Shown here in pieces: positions 59,289 to 64,000 of a stretch of DNA of 64,000 nucleotides. Origin of the DNA: an uncultured bacterium (GTDB lineage: Bacteria > CAYUVA01). The stretch covers positions 1-64,000 of the forward strand of contig CAYUVA010000001.1 in the NCBI GenBank assembly GCA_964448115.1, written 5' to 3'. Position 1 is the stretch's first letter. The number at the start of each line of letters is the position of its first letter. Under the pieces are notes generated by a model, which was not told where the DNA came from, searched no databases, and worked only from the letters and a program-made list of their open reading frames with translations. Both the position numbers and the translations under genes were made by a program.

Positions 59289-60494
59289 ATGCCAACCTAT
59301 TATTACAATGCGAAGAATGAAGCTGGAGCCACGGTTAGCGGACACCTTAGTGCGATAAATGAGCTTGACCTGGAGGAGCGGCTGCAAAACAGGGGTCTAT
59401 TCCTTATCTCAGCCAAGCCAGGGAGCGCCAAGCCGCTAGATGTCTCCTTTGAGCGCATAAACCGCAAGGATCTGATCACCTTCACCATACACCTTGCCAC
59501 CGTCCTTTCCGCTGGCGTACCCATGCTGACCGGCTTGGAAGATCTTTGTAATCAGACCGAGAAGGAAAAGTTTCGCCTGGTCATAGAGGACCTGCTCTAC
59601 CTGGTACAATCCGGCTTATCGCTATCCGAGGCGTTAGAACGCCATCCAGAGGTATTCTCTGAGCTTTATGTGAACATGGTGCGAGCTGGCGAGGCAACCG
59701 GCAATGTTGAGGGAGTGCTCAAGGACCTGGTCAGCTTCTTGGAATGGCAGGAGGAGCTTTCATCCAATATCCTGCAAGCGTTGATATATCCATCGGTGCT
59801 GCTTGGCGCCATTAGCATGCTAGTTATATTCTTGTTTACCTTTGTCCTGCCGCGCTTTGTCGAGATCTTCCAAAAGTCGGACATGCCACTGCCGATGATG
59901 ACAAGAATAGTGCTGGGGATAAGCTCCATCTTCACCTCCTACTGGTATATACTTTTAGTATTGATAATCTCCTCGTTGGCAGGATACCGCTTGTTAAAAG
60001 GTAGCGACTGGGGAAGATACTTCATCGATCGCGTGAAGCTAAACCTCCCCATCTTCGGGCAGCTCATCCGCAAGATAGCTCTTTCCCGCTTTAGCCATCA
60101 CCTCGGCGCCTTGACCAGGGCGGGGGTGGATATAACCCAATCGCTATGGATAGCGGAGAAGGTGATCGGCAACGAGGTGCTCTCACGGGTGATACGAAAC
60201 GCCCTGGTGCGCTTAAAGGAAGGAGAGAGGCTATCTGTATCGCTATCAGCCAGCGGAGAATTCCCCCCGCTCATATTGAGAATGCTCGCCATCGGGGAGC
60301 AAACCGGCTCGTTGGAGATGACCCTGGAGAAGGTCAGTCAATACTATGATCGCGAGGTGCCAGCAACCATCAGAAGGATATTTGCCATTATAGAGCCAGT
60401 GATTATAATTGTGCTCGGCTTGGTCATAATCGGCATCGCCATCTCGGTATATGTGCCCTTATACCAGATGGTCAGGCTAATGCCCCAGATGTAA
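59289..60494 (+). CDS. GspF/PilC inner-membrane platform protein
   Basis: LATVLSAGVP, GEATG, ALIYP, GEQTGSL, IEP and PLY motifs. Confidence 0.92.
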   Translation: MPTYYYNAKNEAGATVSGHLSAINELDLEERLQNRGLFLISAKPGSAKPLDVSFERINRKDLITFTIHLATVLSAGVPMLTGLEDLCNQTEKEKFRLVIEDLLYLVQSGLSLSEALERHPEVFSELYVNMVRAGEATGNVEGVLKDLVSFLEWQEELSSNILQALIYPSVLLGAISMLVIFLFTFVLPRFVEIFQKSDMPLPMMTRIVLGISSIFTSYWYILLVLIISSLAGYRLLKGSDWGRYFIDRVKLNLPIFGQLIRKIALSRFSHHLGALTRAGVDITQSLWIAEKVIGNEVLSRVIRNALVRLKEGERLSVSLSASGEFPPLILRMLAIGEQTGSLEMTLEKVSQYYDREVPATIRRIFAIIEPVIIIVLGLVIIGIAISVYVPLYQMVRLMPQM

Positions 60495-60518
60495 GGCTAA
60501 GGAAGGGAGCTATCAAAG

Positions 60519-62063
60519 GTGGCTAAAAGGGTTCTCGGAATAAGCATTCAGCAGGATAGGCTACATCTGACAGAGGTTCTTACCAGGACACGCAGCCTGA
60601 AGATCCTGACCATGATAGAAGAATCCCTCCCAAGAGAGTTCATGCCCAACCAGCTAGTAGATGTGATCGCCGAGCTAGCCAAAAAGCATGGGATCAAAGC
60701 AAAATACATCAACATAACCATTCCGCGAAGATTAGTAGAAACCAACCTGATCACGGTCCCGATTATGAGCGCCCGTGAGCTGCGCAATGTCGTGCAGCGT
60801 GAGATCGTCAAGATGACCCGAAGCGGGCACAAGGAGTTATCCTACGACTATCAGAAGGTTGACGAGGTCTATGAAAAGGGCATAAGAAAGGCTCGCATCA
60901 TGATAACGACCACCGAGCAGGAGAACCTGGATGCGAACATGGAATTGATAAGGGAGCTATCAAAAAGACCGGGTTTCATCTCCACCAATTCTTATGCTCT
61001 GATGGCTATGTATTACCTCTCCCAGGGTAAGACTTTCCCGCCGGGCAAGATAGCCTTTGCGTATCTTGGCAGCACAAGCTCCCTCGTATGCATATTTCAG
61101 GGGCATAATCTACTATTCTCAAGAGAGATCAGGGCCGGCGTGAAGGAAGGGGAAAATGAAGCCCTTGACCATATAGTTTCCGAGATCAAGAGAACATTAC
61201 TGTACTTCAACCAGATAGACCGCAGCGAGGGGGTGGAAACCTGCCTGATCGCCGGGCGAATACAGGGTCGCGAGAACAAGATTCGAGATGCGGCTGCTGC
61301 CATCGATCTGCCGCTGGAGCCTTTTTCCCTCTCCACCCCCAGCATCATCCAACCTCCAAGTGGCACCGGAGAATATCTGTCGATCTCGGATTACACATTG
61401 GCAATAGGTTGCGCCTTCTTGGAGGAGCTGCCCTATGCGGTCAATTTTATCCCTTACGAGTATTACGCTAAAAGATACCGTCTGGTCGGTCGCCTGGTCA
61501 CAGCAGCGCTCATCGCATTCATGGTCATCGTGCTTGCCGGCGGGTATCTCGGCTTGTCCCGGGCGCTTAGCATCCATCAAAGGAACCTTCAATCCCACAA
61601 TAATATGCTAGGAGTTCTAACCGAGCAGATGAAGGATAATCTTACGCTCCTGGAGGAGATAGAAAAGCTCGAAAAAAAGCGCACTGAACTGGAAAACCTT
61701 ACCTCCGGCTATCCCGACTATGTAGCCTTCCTCACCGAGATAAGCAGCATAACTCCCCCCAGCATAATCCTTCAAGATCTGACCATATCGAGAAACTCGG
61801 ATAGCTGGCGAGCAACCATGAGCGGATTCGTCATCGCCCAGGATCAGCCCACTGCACAGAGGATCATACATGAGTATATAGGTCTATTGAAGGCTTCTCC
61901 GAGTGTGGTTGGCTTCAAGCTGAGGCAGGCTTCCACTGGCATCAAGGAGAAAAAGAGCCACGGCGGCTTGTCCGTGCTGGATACGGCTTCTGAAAGCGAT
62001 GATGCAGCTATTGGCGGAACCATCACCTTCGAGATAGAGCTTGCGCTGAAAGGAGCCAAATGA
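60519..62063 (+). CDS. PilM-like (actin fold) plus PilN-like fusion protein
   Basis: LGISI N-terminus, FSREI, EIKRTLLYF, then VNFIP + TM + coiled coil and PilN-like C-terminus. Confidence 0.72.
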   Translation: MAKRVLGISIQQDRLHLTEVLTRTRSLKILTMIEESLPREFMPNQLVDVIAELAKKHGIKAKYINITIPRRLVETNLITVPIMSARELRNVVQREIVKMTRSGHKELSYDYQKVDEVYEKGIRKARIMITTTEQENLDANMELIRELSKRPGFISTNSYALMAMYYLSQGKTFPPGKIAFAYLGSTSSLVCIFQGHNLLFSREIRAGVKEGENEALDHIVSEIKRTLLYFNQIDRSEGVETCLIAGRIQGRENKIRDAAAAIDLPLEPFSLSTPSIIQPPSGTGEYLSISDYTLAIGCAFLEELPYAVNFIPYEYYAKRYRLVGRLVTAALIAFMVIVLAGGYLGLSRALSIHQRNLQSHNNMLGVLTEQMKDNLTLLEEIEKLEKKRTELENLTSGYPDYVAFLTEISSITPPSIILQDLTISRNSDSWRATMSGFVIAQDQPTAQRIIHEYIGLLKASPSVVGFKLRQASTGIKEKKSHGGLSVLDTASESDDAAIGGTITFEIELALKGAK

Positions 62064-62668
62064 AGCGATCGGATAAAATAGTTACCTCGAGGATACTCAT
62101 CATACTCGCTTTTATGATCATGGTTTCCTTAGCCATGTATCTGATCGCCTACAAGCCAATACTGCAAAGGATAGCCAAGGTCAAGGACGAGATAGCCTCG
62201 GTGCAGCAAAAGATCGAATCGATGCAACGGAAAAACCAGGAAATGGCAGAGCTTACCCATAAACAAAGGGAGGGGTTCAGACAATATCGCATTACGCTTA
62301 ATAAAAAGGCTCCAAGTAGCATCGAGGTATCGAAATTGCTGGCAGACTTCAGCGAACTGGCGGCGACCTGCGGAGTATATAGCCTGGTTTACGACTACAG
62401 CAGCCATAGCAGCACGATTAGCAGCAACCTGGCAGCGCGTGGTTATAAACCAAACCCGCTTCGTGCAGGGCAATCCCAGCAAACAGGAAACTTCAGGGCT
62501 GTCTCAATACCAGTCAATACTAGCAGCGACTACCGAGCGCTGATCCGCTTCATAGACAGCCTTAATTCACTGGAAAGGCTGGTTACAATCGATGAGCTAT
62601 CCATAAGAAGAAATGCGCCGCTGGTTGATGCGTCCCTTGTAATAAAGGCTTACAGCAGCGTTGAGTAA
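62060..62668 (+). CDS. PilO/GspM-like protein
   Basis: TM plus coiled coil, Y..LIRFIDSL.SLERLVTIDELSI motif. Confidence 0.78.
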   Translation: MKRSDKIVTSRILIILAFMIMVSLAMYLIAYKPILQRIAKVKDEIASVQQKIESMQRKNQEMAELTHKQREGFRQYRITLNKKAPSSIEVSKLLADFSELAATCGVYSLVYDYSSHSSTISSNLAARGYKPNPLRAGQSQQTGNFRAVSIPVNTSSDYRALIRFIDSLNSLERLVTIDELSIRRNAPLVDASLVIKAYSSVE

Positions 62669-63224
62669 TAAAATGCTTAAAAACAAGATATTCCAGTTTG
62701 TCATATTCATACTGCTGATCGGAGTAGCATTCTATAACCTGTGGTTCTTTGTGCTCAAGCCCAAAAAGACACCCACCAACCAACCAGCGCCAGTATATAA
62801 GGATATCATTAAGCCTCCCCCCAAGAATGCCCGCTCAAGGAACCAGGCAGAGCAGCAAAACCTTACCGATGTTACCGGCGAGTCTAAAAGGGATCTCACC
62901 AGCCTTCAATACCTGCGCAACCCTTTCCTAACCCCCAAAGAAGAGGAGCTTTTCCTCGCCGGCGAGTTGCTGCCAGCGAGCAGCGGATCCTCGAACATCC
63001 AGCGATCGGCTGCCCTGAGGACAAAAAAGAAACCAAAGCCAACCTACAAGATCACGACCATAATAATATCAGAACAGGACAAATCAGCAGTAATCGATGG
63101 CGAGTTTTACAGGCAAGGGGATACAATCGGGGATGAACAGATTACTTTTATCGATAGATATAGTATTATGCTTAGCGACCAAAAGGGAGAAACGAGAACC
63201 GTTGAACTATCATACCATAAATAA
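62661..63224 (+). CDS. PilP/MshK-like assembly protein
   Basis: N-terminal TM, RNPFL motif, C-terminal SAVIDG...QGDTI beta domain; located between PilO and the secretin. Confidence 0.6.
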   Translation: MSNKMLKNKIFQFVIFILLIGVAFYNLWFFVLKPKKTPTNQPAPVYKDIIKPPPKNARSRNQAEQQNLTDVTGESKRDLTSLQYLRNPFLTPKEEELFLAGELLPASSGSSNIQRSAALRTKKKPKPTYKITTIIISEQDKSAVIDGEFYRQGDTIGDEQITFIDRYSIMLSDQKGETRTVELSYHK

Positions 63225-64000
63225 GGCTCATCGATATTTTCAGATCGGGCTAGTAATGGCTTTTGCCTTTACCATCTCATTCATTGCAGGCTGCAACCGC
63301 CATGTAGTCAACATACCTATGGCTGGGGTCCAGCCATCGCCATCTCCGACAAAAGAGGCTACATCGATCCCTCCCCCCCCAGCCGACCTCCAGGAACTCC
63401 CCTCCCGGATAACGGTTACCCCCACCACTCCCCCATCCAAGCAGGAAACGCAGCGATACAGCATCTCGGTCAGCGATGCTGATATCAAGGAAGTGCTCAT
63501 GGTGCTTGCAAAACAGAGCGGGGTGAACATCATAGCCGGCGAGGATGTCTTAGGAAAGGTTACCGTCAACTTCAATAATGTGTCCCTTGCCGAAGCGCTT
63601 GAGGCTATCCTTGCTACCAGCGGCTATACATACCTGGTTGATAAAAATATAATCCGCATCGTGCAGGCCAGAACCGCAGTGTTCAAGGTCGATTATATAA
63701 GCATGATCAACGCGCAGGGCTTGCAGGGCGCCGGGGGAGTGATAAGCACAGCCGGCGCAGGTGGCGGCATCGGTGGAGGACAAGGACAGGGTAACTTCTG
63801 GGCGCAGATAAAATCGGAGCTGCAACAGATACTCACCGAGAAGGGAGCCACTACTGGAAAGATAGTGGTCAACGAGCTTTCCGGGATCATCATGGTCAGC
63901 GCCACACAGGAGAAGATAGACAAGGTGGAGCGTTACTTAAAAGCACTAGAAGAATCGCTGCACCGACAGGTGCAGATACAAGCCCGCATCGTGGAGGTAA
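63202..64000 (+). CDS. Lipoprotein secretin (MshL/PilQ-like), 3'-truncated; absent from ORF track
   Basis: Manual translation: lipobox FIAGC, Pro-rich linker, STN-like DIKEVLMVLAKQSGVNII...GKVTV, FKVDY, FWAQI..EL, QVQIQARIVEV. Start is TTG 63202 or ATG 63256. Confidence 0.85.
   Translation, partial: MNYHTINKAHRYFQIGLVMAFAFTISFIAGCNRHVVNIPMAGVQPSPSPTKEATSIPPPPADLQELPSRITVTPTTPPSKQETQRYSISVSDADIKEVLMVLAKQSGVNIIAGEDVLGKVTVNFNNVSLAEALEAILATSGYTYLVDKNIIRIVQARTAVFKVDYISMINAQGLQGAGGVISTAGAGGGIGGGQGQGNFWAQIKSELQQILTEKGATTGKIVVNELSGIIMVSATQEKIDKVERYLKALEESLHRQVQIQARIVEV

Noticed and set aside
1-64000. CRISPR arrays, rRNA, tRNA or prophage genes
   Set aside because: No regularly spaced direct repeats, cloverleaf or rRNA signatures, integrase or phage structural genes were seen by eye; a tRNAscan/Infernal run would be needed to exclude small RNAs.

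Overview
Bacterial (diderm: secretins, SurA) chromosomal window mixing housekeeping and envelope genes (MBL hydrolase, Gld-like ABC transporter, larB, SPFH, yjbQ, glycan-synthesis genes, gspCDE, SurA-type PPIases, apt, serS, a second T2SS/type IV pilus-like operon running off the right edge) with two accessory islands. Island 1 (11.8-21.4 kb) is a three-gene SNF2 helicase-DUF3883 / DUF1156 adenine methylase / HEPN-DUF499 ATPase restriction-like defence locus. Island 2 (41.1-49.4 kb, minus strand) is the main find: a nine-gene RiPP-type cluster containing a PqqD/RRE protein, an unannotated 58-aa precursor peptide (leader motif FETPVL, C-terminal WCFGCTNCHGCN) hidden under a mis-extended ORF, a prenyltransferase-like barrel, a radical SAM/SPASM enzyme, a creatininase (MftE-like), a methyltransferase, an FAD oxidoreductase, a B12 radical SAM enzyme and a GNAT-amidohydrolase fusion. 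It is bracketed by putative N- and C-terminal IS630 transposase remnants. A recurring ~100-aa C-terminal domain ending in WPYL occurs on two unrelated large proteins and as a relic behind gspE, suggesting a lineage-specific sorting or anchoring domain. A parS-like palindrome, an MNT-HEPN deletion relic and an IS256 remnant are also visible. All family assignments come from motif recognition by eye; no database searches were run.
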